A stretch of DNA of 19,311 nucleotides from Gemmatimonadaceae bacterium (GCA_044224875.1 JBGAJQ010000088.1:1-19311); one strand, 5' to 3'; numbered from the stretch's first letter, positions 1 to 9,943 are shown. The notes: generated by a model not told the origin, from the letters alone. Program-made: numbers and translations.

Positions 1-1
1 C

Positions 2-748
2 AAGCCGGATACCACACGCCAAGGTGGCGGCGGGCGTCGAGGCGGCGGCATCACGTATCTCCCCAAAGGAGCCGGGGTGAAGTCGTTGCTGTGGGACCTG
101 CGCGCCCAAGGCATCACACCATTCCCGGGAATGATCCTGTGGGGAGCGGGAACCGCGGGACCGGCGGTGCCCCCCGGCCGCTACAAGGTGCGCCTAACGG
201 CAGACAACCACGAGGCGACGACCACGGTGACCGTGGCGCGCAACCCGCTCCTGACCGACGTCAGCGACGCCGACATGCGGGCGCAGTGGGCGTTTTCCAA
301 GCGTGTGCGCGACAGGGCCAACGAGGCGAATCAGTCCGTCATCGGCATCCGCCGCGTGAAGTCGCAGCTGGACGACCGACTGAAGCGCTCCGACGACGCA
401 CAGCTCAAGTCCACCGGCGCCACGCTCCGCACGAACGCCTCCGGTGTGGAGGAGAACATCTATCAAGTTCGCAACCAGAGCGGTCAGGACCCGCTCAACT
501 TCCCGATCAAGGTGAACAACCGGCTCGCGACTTTGCTCTCGATGGCGGAACGCGGCGACGGGCGTCCGACGAACAACATGCCCGCGATCTTCGAGATCCT
601 GAACTCAGAGCTGAAGGGCTATTCGGATCGGCTGGCGGAAGTCTGGAAGGTGGACCTGGCGGCCGTAAACAAGGAGCTCGCGCGCCTGAAATTGCCGCCG
701 CTGGATCCACAATGTGCCAAGGCGGAGGGTTGTACCGTGGTGCCCTGA
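2..748 (+). CDS. C-terminal part of a VPS10/BNR-repeat (sortilin-like) glycosyl-hydrolase-like protein; 5' end lies outside the window
   Basis: The frame is open from position 2 (KPDTTRQGGGGRRGGGITYLPKGAGVKSLLWDLR...), so the GTG at 77 is internal. The segments WDLR..., GPAVPPGRYKVRL and a helical tail with QDPLNFPIKVNNRL are typical of the C-termini of these large secreted proteins. Stop TGA at 746-748. Confidence 0.7.
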   Translation, partial: KPDTTRQGGGGRRGGGITYLPKGAGVKSLLWDLRAQGITPFPGMILWGAGTAGPAVPPGRYKVRLTADNHEATTTVTVARNPLLTDVSDADMRAQWAFSKRVRDRANEANQSVIGIRRVKSQLDDRLKRSDDAQLKSTGATLRTNASGVEENIYQVRNQSGQDPLNFPIKVNNRLATLLSMAERGDGRPTNNMPAIFEILNSELKGYSDRLAEVWKVDLAAVNKELARLKLPPLDPQCAKAEGCTVVP

Positions 749-795
749 TCGTCGCGTAGGCACGTCTTCCACCGTCGGTTCCAACTGAAGATCTC

Positions 796-831
796 ACGCC
801 GCGGCGCGCTCAGTGGTAGGCGCCGCGGCGT
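796..831. terminator. GC-rich inverted repeat between convergent genes; possible bidirectional terminator or RNA-stabilising hairpin
   Basis: Perfect 12-bp arms ACGCCGCGGCGC (796-807) and GCGCCGCGGCGT (820-831) with a 12-nt loop, between stops at 748 (+) and 862 (-). No poly-U tail. Confidence 0.4.
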
Positions 832-861
832 CGCGCAATCTCATAACGAGAATACGTTCCG

Positions 862-3501
862 CTATGGGGTCGCTGGCTTCGCGGCGAGTTCGTCCCTGTA
901 TCGCTTCGCCTTGTCTGGCTGACCCAGCGAGTCATAAACCTGCACCAGCACCTTGCGCGCGCTCTCCAGCCAGGCAGCGCTCGTGTTCGGCTTCTTGGTC
1001 AGCAGCGTATACCCCGTAATCCCTTCTTGCTCGGCCAACCCGAAGCGGCGCGCTGCTGCATACGTGCGAGCCAGCTTGATGTGCGCGACGGCCACGTACT
1101 GGTGATCGGCGGGCAGCGTCTTGGCGTACACGTCCAGCGCCGTGTGAAGCAGCTGGACCGCTCGGTCGTATTCGCGCTTCTCCACCAGGGCGCCGGCGAG
1201 ATTGCCAAGGGCAACGCCTACGTAGTAGTGCCCGTCGCCGTAGATCGCTCGATAGATGCTCAGCATGCGCGTATACCCGGCGACTGCCGCGTCGATTTGG
1301 CCGCGCTGCTGCGCGAGGCGCGCCAGTTCATTCACGGTCGAGGCCACCCGAGGATGCACGGCGCCGTACACGCGTTCTTCGATTCGGAGTGCGTCCTGAA
1401 GCAACGTGTCGGCGTCGGCAAATTGCCCCAGGAAGATGGCCTGACGTGCCAACATGGACTCGGCCGACGCCGTCTCCGGGTGATCGTCGCCGTACCAGCC
1501 GCGAATGATCCCCAAGGCCTCACGATAGTACTTCTGTGCCTCCACCTGGTTGCCAAGTTCGTTCTGCACCGCGCCCAGGTTGATGAGATCATCGGCGACG
1601 TGCGGGTGCCGCGGCCCGTACAGCGAGCGACTCATGGCGAGTAGCACGTGATTGAGCGAGTCCGCCACCTGATAGTTGCCGAGGTAGAAATTCGAGTTTG
1701 CGAGCTCCGTGAGGGTTTCGTTGAGTTCCGGGCTTTCCGAGGATCGCGCGCCCTGAATCGCCGCGGCCTCCTTCAACACCGTGATCGATTCCTGGTAGGC
1801 ACCCTTGTTCTCCAGCACGAAACCCAGCGAACTCAGTGCGTTGGCGAGGTCGGGGTGATCCGGGGGAAAGATCTTGCGCGCCAGGGCGACGGCCTCGCGC
1901 GCGCTGGACTCGGCGTCGTCGAAGCGCGCCTGTGCTGATCGAAGCAAGGCGAGGTCGCCTAACGAGCGTACCACCTCGGCATGTTGTGGGCCGAGCGTGG
2001 CACGGCGCTGGCTCAGCGAAAGCCCCAACAGGGTGTCAGCACGTTCCAGCTGCCCCAATTCCCGATAGATCCCGCCTAACGTCGCGTACAACTCCGCCTG
2101 GATGGCCGGCTCCGCGCTCAGGCTGGCCGCCTCGTGACGACCCCGATCCACCAAGGTGATCACCCGCAGGCTCTCCGATGGCCCGGCCGCCTCGTCACCA
2201 CCTTCGAAGAGGTTGGACAGGAAACGCTGGATCCGCTGGGTGCGAGCAGCTTCTTGGAGTGCCTCGTCACGCGCCGACGCCAGTCGCACCGTGTAGAAGG
2301 CGGTCAGGCCGATGACGATGGCCCCCATAGCGCCCGCCAAGACCAACCGTCCGGCGTTGCGTCGCACAAACTTGCCGGTCCGGTAACCGAATGAGTCCGG
2401 GCGCGCTTCCAACGGTTCGGCATGCAGAAAGTGGTCGATATCGCGGATGATCGCGTCTGCGGTGCGATATCGTCGTTCGGGATCGCGGTGCATGGCGGTC
2501 AGGCACAGGACGTCCAGGTCCTGCCACGATGCATCGCCCGTCACAGGGACCGCCGAGCGGTTGCGTTTGGCGACAAGCGACGGCCGTTCCGGCGTGGACT
2601 GCAAGACGATGACTTCAGCTTCGCCCGGTGTCTTGTCGGACACATCGTGAGGCAACTGGCCCGTCAGCAGCTCGTACAGCACCACACCCAGCGAGTAGAC
2701 GTCGGTGTGAATGCCGGTATGCTCACCACGAAGCTGCTCCGGTGCGGCGTAGGCCGGGGTCATGAAGCGCATGCCCGTACGTGTCGCATCGCGCGGTCGA
2801 TCATCCTCCTCGATCTGCTTGGCAATGCCGAAGTCGAGCAGCACGACGCTCCCATCGGGTCGCACAAGAATGTTCGATGGCTTGAGGTCGCGATGGACAA
2901 TCAGGTGGCGGTGCGCATGCTGAACCGCTTCGCACACGACGCGGAAGAGCCTCAACCGAGCCTCGACGTCTAGCGCGTGCTCACGACAGTACGTCGTAAG
3001 AGGAACACCCTCCACGTATTCCATGGCGAACCATGGCGTTCCGTCGGGCAGCGAATCCGCGTGGTATAACCGCGCAATCGAAGGGTGCGTGAGTTGCGCG
3101 AGCGTTCGCTGTTCAGCCGCAAAACGTTCACGACGAGCGGGAGACAGCCAGGCGTCGCGCAAGATCTTGATGGCTGCCACGGCCGAGAGATCCTCACGCT
3201 CGCCCAGGTATACCACGCCCATACCGCCTTCGCCCAGGATGCGAGTGATGCGATAGGGGCCAAACCGCTCGCGTGGCAGCGTCGGCGATGACTCGGCCAA
3301 GACCTCGGAGGCGACGTTGGCCAGGTCGCGATCGAGCAGCGAGTCGGAGCGTGCGTCCTGCGCCAGCAGGGCCGTCACGTGCTGGAGGAGGTCGTCGTCG
3401 TGGGCGCACGCGCGTCGGAGCATCTCATCGCGTGCCTCCACCGGCAGCTCAATCGCTGCGTGGAACAGCTCTTGTATGCGCTCCCATCGCTTGGCGTCCA
3501 T
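862..3501 (-). CDS. Membrane Hanks-type Ser/Thr protein kinase with C-terminal extracytoplasmic TPR repeats (ECF-associated kinase)
   Basis: Kinase motifs GEGGMGVVY, AAIK, HRDLKPSN, DFG and TPAYAAPEQ. One TM helix (RLVLAGAMGAIVIGLTAFYTV). About eight 42-aa kinesin-light-chain-like TPRs (GPQHAEV, PPDHPDL, GPRHPHV, GDDHPET, GAVHPRV, PADHQYV...). The N-terminal helical extension (RWERIQELFHAAIEL...) is typical of kinases next to TIGR02999 sigmas. Confidence 0.95.
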   Translation of the reverse strand: MDAKRWERIQELFHAAIELPVEARDEMLRRACAHDDDLLQHVTALLAQDARSDSLLDRDLANVASEVLAESSPTLPRERFGPYRITRILGEGGMGVVYLGEREDLSAVAAIKILRDAWLSPARRERFAAEQRTLAQLTHPSIARLYHADSLPDGTPWFAMEYVEGVPLTTYCREHALDVEARLRLFRVVCEAVQHAHRHLIVHRDLKPSNILVRPDGSVVLLDFGIAKQIEEDDRPRDATRTGMRFMTPAYAAPEQLRGEHTGIHTDVYSLGVVLYELLTGQLPHDVSDKTPGEAEVIVLQSTPERPSLVAKRNRSAVPVTGDASWQDLDVLCLTAMHRDPERRYRTADAIIRDIDHFLHAEPLEARPDSFGYRTGKFVRRNAGRLVLAGAMGAIVIGLTAFYTVRLASARDEALQEAARTQRIQRFLSNLFEGGDEAAGPSESLRVITLVDRGRHEAASLSAEPAIQAELYATLGGIYRELGQLERADTLLGLSLSQRRATLGPQHAEVVRSLGDLALLRSAQARFDDAESSAREAVALARKIFPPDHPDLANALSSLGFVLENKGAYQESITVLKEAAAIQGARSSESPELNETLTELANSNFYLGNYQVADSLNHVLLAMSRSLYGPRHPHVADDLINLGAVQNELGNQVEAQKYYREALGIIRGWYGDDHPETASAESMLARQAIFLGQFADADTLLQDALRIEERVYGAVHPRVASTVNELARLAQQRGQIDAAVAGYTRMLSIYRAIYGDGHYYVGVALGNLAGALVEKREYDRAVQLLHTALDVYAKTLPADHQYVAVAHIKLARTYAAARRFGLAEQEGITGYTLLTKKPNTSAAWLESARKVLVQVYDSLGQPDKAKRYRDELAAKPATP

Positions 3502-3527
3502 GGGTTCGAGCTACGAGGTCCAGGGAA

Positions 3528-4103
3528 TCAACGGGCGCGCCCGAGCTCGTGGGCCAGGTAGGCCTTCGCTGCCCGCCAGTCGCGCTGCACGGTGGCCTCC
3601 GACACATCGAGCACGCGAGCCGTTTCGGCCACATCGAGTCCGCCAAAGAATCGGTATTCCACCATGGTAGCCTGACGCGGACTGAGCGCCGCCAGCTGCT
3701 GCAAGGCCTCGTCCAACGCTAGCAGGTCCTCTGCACTGTTGCCCAAGTCGGCCACCGAGTCGTCGAACGTGACCATTGCCACATCGCCGCCGCCTCGCTT
3801 GGAGGCGCGGCGTCGCCGAGCGGCCTCGATCAGGATCTGCCGCATGGCGCGGGCAGCGATGCGCTTGAAGTGCAGGCGGTCCACTAGTGCCAGGCCGGGG
3901 GTATCCGCCAGTTTCAACCATGCCTCATTCACGAGGGCCGTCGGGCTCAGTGTGGCGCTCGGATCGCCGCGCCGAACCGACGAGGCCAGGCGTCGCAGCT
4001 CCTCATAGGTCTCGCTGAACAGCGAGTCGATCGCCCGACGATCACTCGCCGCGCTTGACTCGGCGTCCGCGCCTTCGCGCTCGCGAGATGAACGTGACAC
4101 CAT
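3528..4103 (-). CDS. ECF sigma factor, TIGR02999/ECF43-like
   Basis: Motifs YEELRRLA, TLSPTALVNEAWLKL, AMRQILIEAARRRRASKRGG, LLALDEAL, EYRFFGGL and TVQRDWRAAKAYL. ATG at 4103 is preceded by GGAGG and preferred over the GTG at 4160. It ends 26 nt upstream of the kinase start. Confidence 0.92.
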   Translation of the reverse strand: MVSRSSREREGADAESSAASDRRAIDSLFSETYEELRRLASSVRRGDPSATLSPTALVNEAWLKLADTPGLALVDRLHFKRIAARAMRQILIEAARRRRASKRGGGDVAMVTFDDSVADLGNSAEDLLALDEALQQLAALSPRQATMVEYRFFGGLDVAETARVLDVSEATVQRDWRAAKAYLAHELGRAR

Positions 4104-4295
4104 GGACGGGCTGACCTCCAGAAACCGCTTGTGCGGCGTTCGATCCCGTGACGACACCACCTAGCCTTCCGGAAACGCGCCGAAAAGCGGACTGTAACGG
4201 TAGCGCTCGCCGTCCAGAGGCGCAATTTTCGAGCCGATTCCCGCTAGAGCTCCGCAACGCGCGTGTGGACATGGTTCGAAGTCCCAGCGATGTCG

Positions 4296-4916
4296 CTATC
4301 TGGCCGGTCGATGCTCCGCCTCGGTAAGGTCACGCGGCGACGATTCTGCTATGCGGGATTCGATCCGTCGATCCGGGACAAACCACGTGATCGCCACGAG
4401 CACGTACAATGCCACCGAGAGCCAGGTGTTCAAGTAGGCGAGCGGGATCGCCAGGGCGTAGGCGACGAGAGAAATCTTTCCTTTGACATCTCGGCCGACC
4501 GCCGCCGCGAGGGTGGAGTCGCGCCCGTGCGTGGCGATGATGCAATAGGTGAGCACCGTGTAGGAAACGGCAGCCATCAGCAGGTTCGCTCCATACAGTG
4601 CCGTCGGGAGAGGAGCGAGGTGATTTTCTCCCATCCGGCCGGTGGTGAACGGCACCAGCGACAGCCAGAAGAGCAGGTGAATGTTGGACCATAGAATGCC
4701 GCCGCTCACTTTGTGCACCGTGTGCAGCAGGTGATGGTGGTTCACCCAGTAGATCCCCAGATACACGAACGACAGTATATAGGTCAGCAGCACGGGAACG
4801 AGCGGCCGCAACGCGCCGACATCCGCATCGTGCGGCACCTTCAACTCGAGCACCATGATGGTGATCAGGATGGCGATCACACCATCGCTGAACGCCTCCA
4901 TCCGTGTCTTGTTCAT
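4296..4916 (-). CDS. TMEM175-family (DUF1211) potassium channel protein
   Basis: Signature RMEAFSDGVIAILITIMVLEL, YWVNHH, LLFWLSLVPFTT and about 6 TM segments. ATG at 4916 has GGAGGT 8 nt upstream. The longer ORF start at 5159 overlaps the GGDEF gene. Confidence 0.92.
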   Translation of the reverse strand: MNKTRMEAFSDGVIAILITIMVLELKVPHDADVGALRPLVPVLLTYILSFVYLGIYWVNHHHLLHTVHKVSGGILWSNIHLLFWLSLVPFTTGRMGENHLAPLPTALYGANLLMAAVSYTVLTYCIIATHGRDSTLAAAVGRDVKGKISLVAYALAIPLAYLNTWLSVALYVLVAITWFVPDRRIESRIAESSPRDLTEAEHRPAR

Positions 4917-4990
4917 GCTGGGCCACCTCCCTGAAGACCGGGAGGATCTTAACAGCAGGTCAGCCGATTCGTAGCGTCGCTGGTGGCCGC

Positions 4991-6148
4991 TTACGCCGAC
5001 TGAGGGATGGCGGCAACACTCGTCGCGGTAACCAGTCGATTGCGGCCGGCTCGCTTGGCCTCCAGGAGTCGCAGGTCGGCGGCTCGCAGAAGGTCGGTCG
5101 CCCCAACGCCGTCCGTTGGCGCCGTCGCCACGCCGCCGGAGATGGTCAGCCGAACACACGAACCACCGGGGAGCGCAATGGGATGTTGCTCCACCAGCTC
5201 GCGCAATCGCTCGATGTTCATGGCGGCGTCCTCAAGCCCCGCGCCGGGGAACGCCAAAGCAAATTCCTCTCCGCCCCAGCGCGCGATCAAGTCTGTCCGC
5301 CGCACAGATTCGGCGATCAACCTGGATATCTCGCGGAGCGCGGCGTCGCCCGCCTCGTGCCCGTATAGGTCGTTGACGTGCTTGAAGTGATCCACGTCGA
5401 CCATCGCGACGCTCAAGGGCTCGCGAAGGCGCGCGGCCCGCAGGACTTCACCATGCAGTCGCTCCTCGAACGACCGACGATTGTGAAGCTGGGTGAGGGC
5501 ATCGTGGGTCGCGCTGTCACGGACCTGCACGCTCCAACGCGCAATTGCTCCGCAAGAGGCGGCGAAGAGCACGAGTGTCACGGCGCGTTCGACCTGGACG
5601 CCCCAGTCGAACGTGCCGTACATGGCGACGTCCGCTGTTGGTGCTGACGGCCAGATGGCGGCGCTCCACACGGCCACCCCCAGGTATTGCACCGCGGCGA
5701 TGAGCCCAGCGTACAGGGGCAGCTTGGGGTCCCACCGAACGCAGGTTCCGATCAGGGCAAAGAAGTACGCGAGAAACGTCACGCGACCGTTGACGGCAAC
5801 CGAGGGATGCTGCTGCACCAGGTCGGCCACGTGCAACAGCGTCACCGCCGTTACGTCGCCGACTGCGGTGATCAGCCCCAACCCCGGCGGGCGGACACCG
5901 CGGCGTGTGGCGACGAGTACGAGGGTCGCGAGTGCCAGGCAGACCAGGTCGACTGGAATGGCACTGCGATATTCATGATTGGTCGGATCCTGGATGGTGA
6001 CGGCGACGCCCAGGATCGTGAGGCTGGCGATGAGGACAAACCGCTGCCGTGCAACTCGGTGTTCTCCCTGCATGGGGAGATCGGACGCGTGCGGATCGCC
6101 GCGCCAGACGTCGAGCCACCATGCGAGTATCGTGCGGAGGGAGTGCAT
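4991..6148 (-). CDS. Membrane-bound diguanylate cyclase (GGDEF)
   Basis: Motifs HDALTQLHNRR, MVDVDHFKHVNDLYGHEAGD, RWGGEEF, TISGG and AKRAGRN. RxxD I-site (RRTD) lies five residues before GGEEF. About 6 N-terminal hydrophobic helices. Confidence 0.93.
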   Translation of the reverse strand: MHSLRTILAWWLDVWRGDPHASDLPMQGEHRVARQRFVLIASLTILGVAVTIQDPTNHEYRSAIPVDLVCLALATLVLVATRRGVRPPGLGLITAVGDVTAVTLLHVADLVQQHPSVAVNGRVTFLAYFFALIGTCVRWDPKLPLYAGLIAAVQYLGVAVWSAAIWPSAPTADVAMYGTFDWGVQVERAVTLVLFAASCGAIARWSVQVRDSATHDALTQLHNRRSFEERLHGEVLRAARLREPLSVAMVDVDHFKHVNDLYGHEAGDAALREISRLIAESVRRTDLIARWGGEEFALAFPGAGLEDAAMNIERLRELVEQHPIALPGGSCVRLTISGGVATAPTDGVGATDLLRAADLRLLEAKRAGRNRLVTATSVAAIPQSA

Positions 6149-6190
6149 GCTCCCCCGGGACGATGCAGGCGCGAGGCCCGCAACCGGGCC

Positions 6191-6961
6191 CTACGATACG
6201 GGCGGCTTTCGATCGTCCGGCGGCGCGAAATTCGACAAGAACACCCGCTCGGCGTCTGTCAGGGAGTCGAGCCCTGTGAGGTTGATCTTGTCCAGCAGGC
6301 GATTGACTTCATCGCGGTTCACCTCGTGGATCCGTTGCATGTCGATGGCCCGAAGATCGCCGACCCGAGTCGCCGATTTTGGGGTGCGACGCACAACGTC
6401 CGTCGTTTTCGGCGCCCGTGAACGTTCGATCCAGCGGAGGTACAACCACGCCCCGAGGTACCCGCCGAGGTGCGCAAAGTCGGCCACGCCACCTCGCGAG
6501 CCACCCAGGCCGCTGTACAGGGACAGGGCGGTCGTGATGAGCACGAGGATGCGAGCCGGCACCGGAATGATGCCCCAGATGTAGATGGGGACGTTGGGCC
6601 AGTAATGCGCGAAGGCCAGCATCACCCCAAAGACGCCCGCCGACGCGCCGATGATCGGCGCGTGCGGCGCCAGCAGCGTAGAGAGCAGGGCGCCGGCAAT
6701 CCCACTCGCGAAGTAGAGCCTAACGAACCGGTCCGAGCCGATCTGCTGTTCCACCTGCGGCCCGAAGAAGTACAGGCCCAGCATGTTGAACAGGATGTGC
6801 ATGATATCGCCGTGCAGAAACATGTACGTCACCACCGTCCACGGTCGCGTCAGGATCTCGGCAGGGACGAAGTCGAACATCCCCGTCACCTGTGGCATGG
6901 TGAGCTGGAGAAAGAAGGCGCCGATATTGGCGAAGAAGAGGCGGCGTACCCAGAGAGTCAC
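6191..6961 (-). CDS. Rhomboid-family intramembrane serine protease with short C-terminal DUF6576-like helical domain
   Basis: RPWTVVTYMFLH, HILFNM, catalytic GASAG and AHLGG, and C-terminal EVNRLLDKINLTGLDSLTDAERVFL. Start is uncertain; GTG at 6961 (MTLWVRRL...) is preferred over 7045. Confidence 0.9.
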   Translation of the reverse strand: MTLWVRRLFFANIGAFFLQLTMPQVTGMFDFVPAEILTRPWTVVTYMFLHGDIMHILFNMLGLYFFGPQVEQQIGSDRFVRLYFASGIAGALLSTLLAPHAPIIGASAGVFGVMLAFAHYWPNVPIYIWGIIPVPARILVLITTALSLYSGLGGSRGGVADFAHLGGYLGAWLYLRWIERSRAPKTTDVVRRTPKSATRVGDLRAIDMQRIHEVNRDEVNRLLDKINLTGLDSLTDAERVFLSNFAPPDDRKPPVS

Positions 6962-7065
6962 GGCGGTGGTCGTCAGGACCCTCAAATCTACAAGGGCGGC
7001 ACGGCCGGCGAACGTCCATCCACCGGCACGATGTGAGAATCTCACCGTGCCGGTGTCGCGGCCCT

Positions 7066-9807
7066 CTATCGACCCAGCCAGTAGGTGGCCTTGATCAGGA
7101 ACACGTTCTCCGGATGATCCCGGAACAAGGCGGCTCGATCACGGCCGAAATCAAAGTCGCCCTCCGGTCCACTGCCGGAGCGCTGTTGAGTCCAGGCGAA
7201 GAAGAGGGTGGATCCCGGCCGGTATTCCCAGCGCAACACGGCCGTACCCCGTAACGAGCGAGCACTGAAGTTCGGGTTGTCGAGCGTGAACGTGGCCGCC
7301 GGTCCGGTTCCGTCAGGGTCAACGGTGTAAACGCGGGTTGCCGGGTCCTGGCTGATGGTGCCGACGTCCGTTCCGTAGTCGAGCTTTACGATCGACCGCG
7401 GGGCCGCGAACTCGCGGAACCGCTGATAGTCGCCGCTGGCGAAGAATGGCTGTGCATACAGCTGCAACGTAACGTCCGGCGCAAAGGTCCAGTTCACTCG
7501 CGTGTCCAGGGACAGCGCGTGGGTTTGCGTGAGGGCAAACACGTAGCGTGTGCCGGAGAAGGCCGTCGCTGTCGGGTCCTTCACGGCGGTCACATACTGG
7601 GCCACATCCCGCTCACGCTGGTACGTTGGCGAGATCTGCACAAAGACATTCGACGCCGGCTTCAGTGCTACGCCGGGTTGGATCGTTACCTGGTCCATGG
7701 GATCCTGCGTCCCCTTCAACGCTTCCAGGCTCAGGTCGAACACGGCGCGCTGGCGGGCATCGGTGGACACCTGCCCGTGATAGAAATTGTATCCGGACCG
7801 CCGCACCGTGGGACCGCCGCGTGTTAGGCGGTCATCGAAGGTTGGCTGACGATTGATATAGAAGGCGCGGACATTCCAGTAGTTGGGAAGCTCGACCCCG
7901 ATATATGCCTGCGCCTGAAGGTCGGTGCGCACTCCTTCGAAGTTGAATTGCTGTTGCGCGCCTGCGGAACTGAAGATGCTTCGATACCAGCGGCCCGGCG
8001 TGGTCCATTGACGCGCGAGGTTGCCGTTCATCCATCGATAGTCTGCGCGGTCCAGATACGCGGCGTCGTTGACCTCGAAGGCAGGGCTCCGCCAGTTCTG
8101 CGCCAGCTCCCACAACCAATTGCCATTCTGCTTGGCGAGTCGCGTGTAGAGTCCGTAGCCGCGTAGCGCGGTGGCGGTGGTGTCATAAGTGACGTCAAAA
8201 ATGCCGTCACTCGTCACGCGGCGGTCGGGGCGCTGAAAGTAGTGCGCGCTGGAACGTTGCGTGAGCGCGATCGCGCTGGGCGACCCAGCGACGCTCGAAG
8301 CGACGAGTGTGCCCCGCCATCCGTATGTGCGGTTTTTCCAGGTATGATTCCAATCGATACCGTAGGCCTCCGCATGGCGACGCAGCCGATCGATCATGAT
8401 GGAGTCGTCACCCAGTCGACGTGTGGTCGACGTGACGATCGTGCCAATCGTGGTGGCGCCCTGTCGCAACTCCTTCTTCACCCGTCCCACGAAGTAGTTC
8501 GTGAGCGGCTCCACGGCCTGTTCGAACACGTTCGCCGAAGCCGACGACGCGTATTTCGCCGTCTCCCGGTCCGCAACGGCATCGAGAATGCCGATCGTAT
8601 AGCCGCTGCTGGTGCGTCCCGTGATCTTCGCCGCCCCCAGGATCGTCGCGTTGTTGGGGCCGTCCGAGTACGTACCCGCCTGTTGCACGTAATCCATCAG
8701 CTGTGGGGGCCGCCCGATGCGGCGCGAGTACAGGACGCCCAGCCCGGAGAAGTTGCTGCAGAAGTAACAGCTCGACCCTCCGAAACTGAACGCGCTGCGG
8801 CCCGCCACGAAGAAGGGGCGCTTCTCGTCGTAGAAGGTTTCGTACGCCGACAGGTTCAACGATGCGGGGTCGACCTCCACTTGGCCAAAGTCCGGATTGA
8901 TCGTCGCGTCGAGAGTCAGGTTGGTCGTCAGCAGCACCTTTACATCCGCGCCGACGTCCACACCGGTCTCCGTGCCAGTGTGGAATGGGTCCCCAGCCGG
9001 TGTTGGCCGGACTTGGCGGCGAGACACGGCGTACGGAAGAAGCTCGACTTGCCGGGGTTGGGGGCCAAAGGTGAGGCCCTCCAAGTGCCCGAAAAAGGCG
9101 GCGCCACTGCTTTCGGACCGTCGGCGGAACGACCACATGTCCCGCTCGTGGAGTCGGTCAATGTAGCGGAAGATCTGCAGACCCCAGGTTTGAACTGACG
9201 ACGGCGCGAAGCGGAGCTGCGACAACGGAATCCGCAGCTCGGCGCTCCATCCCGCCGAGTCCACGTGGGCCGCAGCCTCCCAGATCGGATCCCACGAGTC
9301 GTCCCCGTTGAACGAATCGCCGCGGACACCGGAAGGATTCACCTCGAACACGGCCTCATCGAGATGGTTGTGGTACGGATCCAGCGTGATGACCAGCTTG
9401 TCCGACGTGAGCGAGTTGAACGCCCCGTTGTCTCCGTTGGAGTCGAGCAGCTGTTCGCGCCGCGCAAGCGGCGCGCGGATGCCGGCGGCTCCAAGGCTGT
9501 CGTACATGCGCGCGCCGATGAAGATCGCCTGATCGTCGAACAGCACGCGGACCTCGGTCCGCTGTGATGCTTGTGCGCCTTCCGTGGGGATGACCTGTCG
9601 GAAGGACGTCACGGCCGACGCAGCGCCCCAGGCAGACTCATTCAATTGACCGTCCAACACCACCGCGGTGGCGCGCCGGACAGAAGTCGCTACGACGGGC
9701 GCTGTGGGATGAATGGAACTCTGGGCAAATACCGGCGTGGCGCAGGCAAGGGATGCCATCGTCAACCATGTGGTTCGCGAGCCAACAAGAGTCACTGCGG
9801 ATGACAT
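7066..9807 (-). CDS. Outer-membrane protein with N-terminal CBM9-like domain and DUF5916-type beta-barrel
   Basis: Signal peptide ending ...TPVFA-Q. CBM9-like segment (LDGQLNESAW, WSAELRIPLSQLRF). DUF5916-type motifs NPDFGQVEVD, EKRPFF and YSRRIG. C-terminal beta strand FLIKATYW. Start is uncertain (9807 chosen; the ORF is open to 9909). Confidence 0.8.
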   Translation of the reverse strand: MSSAVTLVGSRTTWLTMASLACATPVFAQSSIHPTAPVVATSVRRATAVVLDGQLNESAWGAASAVTSFRQVIPTEGAQASQRTEVRVLFDDQAIFIGARMYDSLGAAGIRAPLARREQLLDSNGDNGAFNSLTSDKLVITLDPYHNHLDEAVFEVNPSGVRGDSFNGDDSWDPIWEAAAHVDSAGWSAELRIPLSQLRFAPSSVQTWGLQIFRYIDRLHERDMWSFRRRSESSGAAFFGHLEGLTFGPQPRQVELLPYAVSRRQVRPTPAGDPFHTGTETGVDVGADVKVLLTTNLTLDATINPDFGQVEVDPASLNLSAYETFYDEKRPFFVAGRSAFSFGGSSCYFCSNFSGLGVLYSRRIGRPPQLMDYVQQAGTYSDGPNNATILGAAKITGRTSSGYTIGILDAVADRETAKYASSASANVFEQAVEPLTNYFVGRVKKELRQGATTIGTIVTSTTRRLGDDSIMIDRLRRHAEAYGIDWNHTWKNRTYGWRGTLVASSVAGSPSAIALTQRSSAHYFQRPDRRVTSDGIFDVTYDTTATALRGYGLYTRLAKQNGNWLWELAQNWRSPAFEVNDAAYLDRADYRWMNGNLARQWTTPGRWYRSIFSSAGAQQQFNFEGVRTDLQAQAYIGVELPNYWNVRAFYINRQPTFDDRLTRGGPTVRRSGYNFYHGQVSTDARQRAVFDLSLEALKGTQDPMDQVTIQPGVALKPASNVFVQISPTYQRERDVAQYVTAVKDPTATAFSGTRYVFALTQTHALSLDTRVNWTFAPDVTLQLYAQPFFASGDYQRFREFAAPRSIVKLDYGTDVGTISQDPATRVYTVDPDGTGPAATFTLDNPNFSARSLRGTAVLRWEYRPGSTLFFAWTQQRSGSGPEGDFDFGRDRAALFRDHPENVFLIKATYWLGR

Positions 9808-9943
9808 GAGGAGGGGACGAGGCCAAGTGCGGCGTAGATGGCAAGAGCGCGTTATGCGCCGCACGCACTGTGACAATCCAATACGCGCTTGGGTTTGGAG
9901 ATGATTCATGGCACTCGACGTCTGCGTGCACGCCCGTTCCGCG

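Noticed and set aside
950..2100. Periodic sequence similarity in the kinase 3' region considered as a DNA repeat element
   Set aside because: It is explained by the 42-aa TPR protein repeats.
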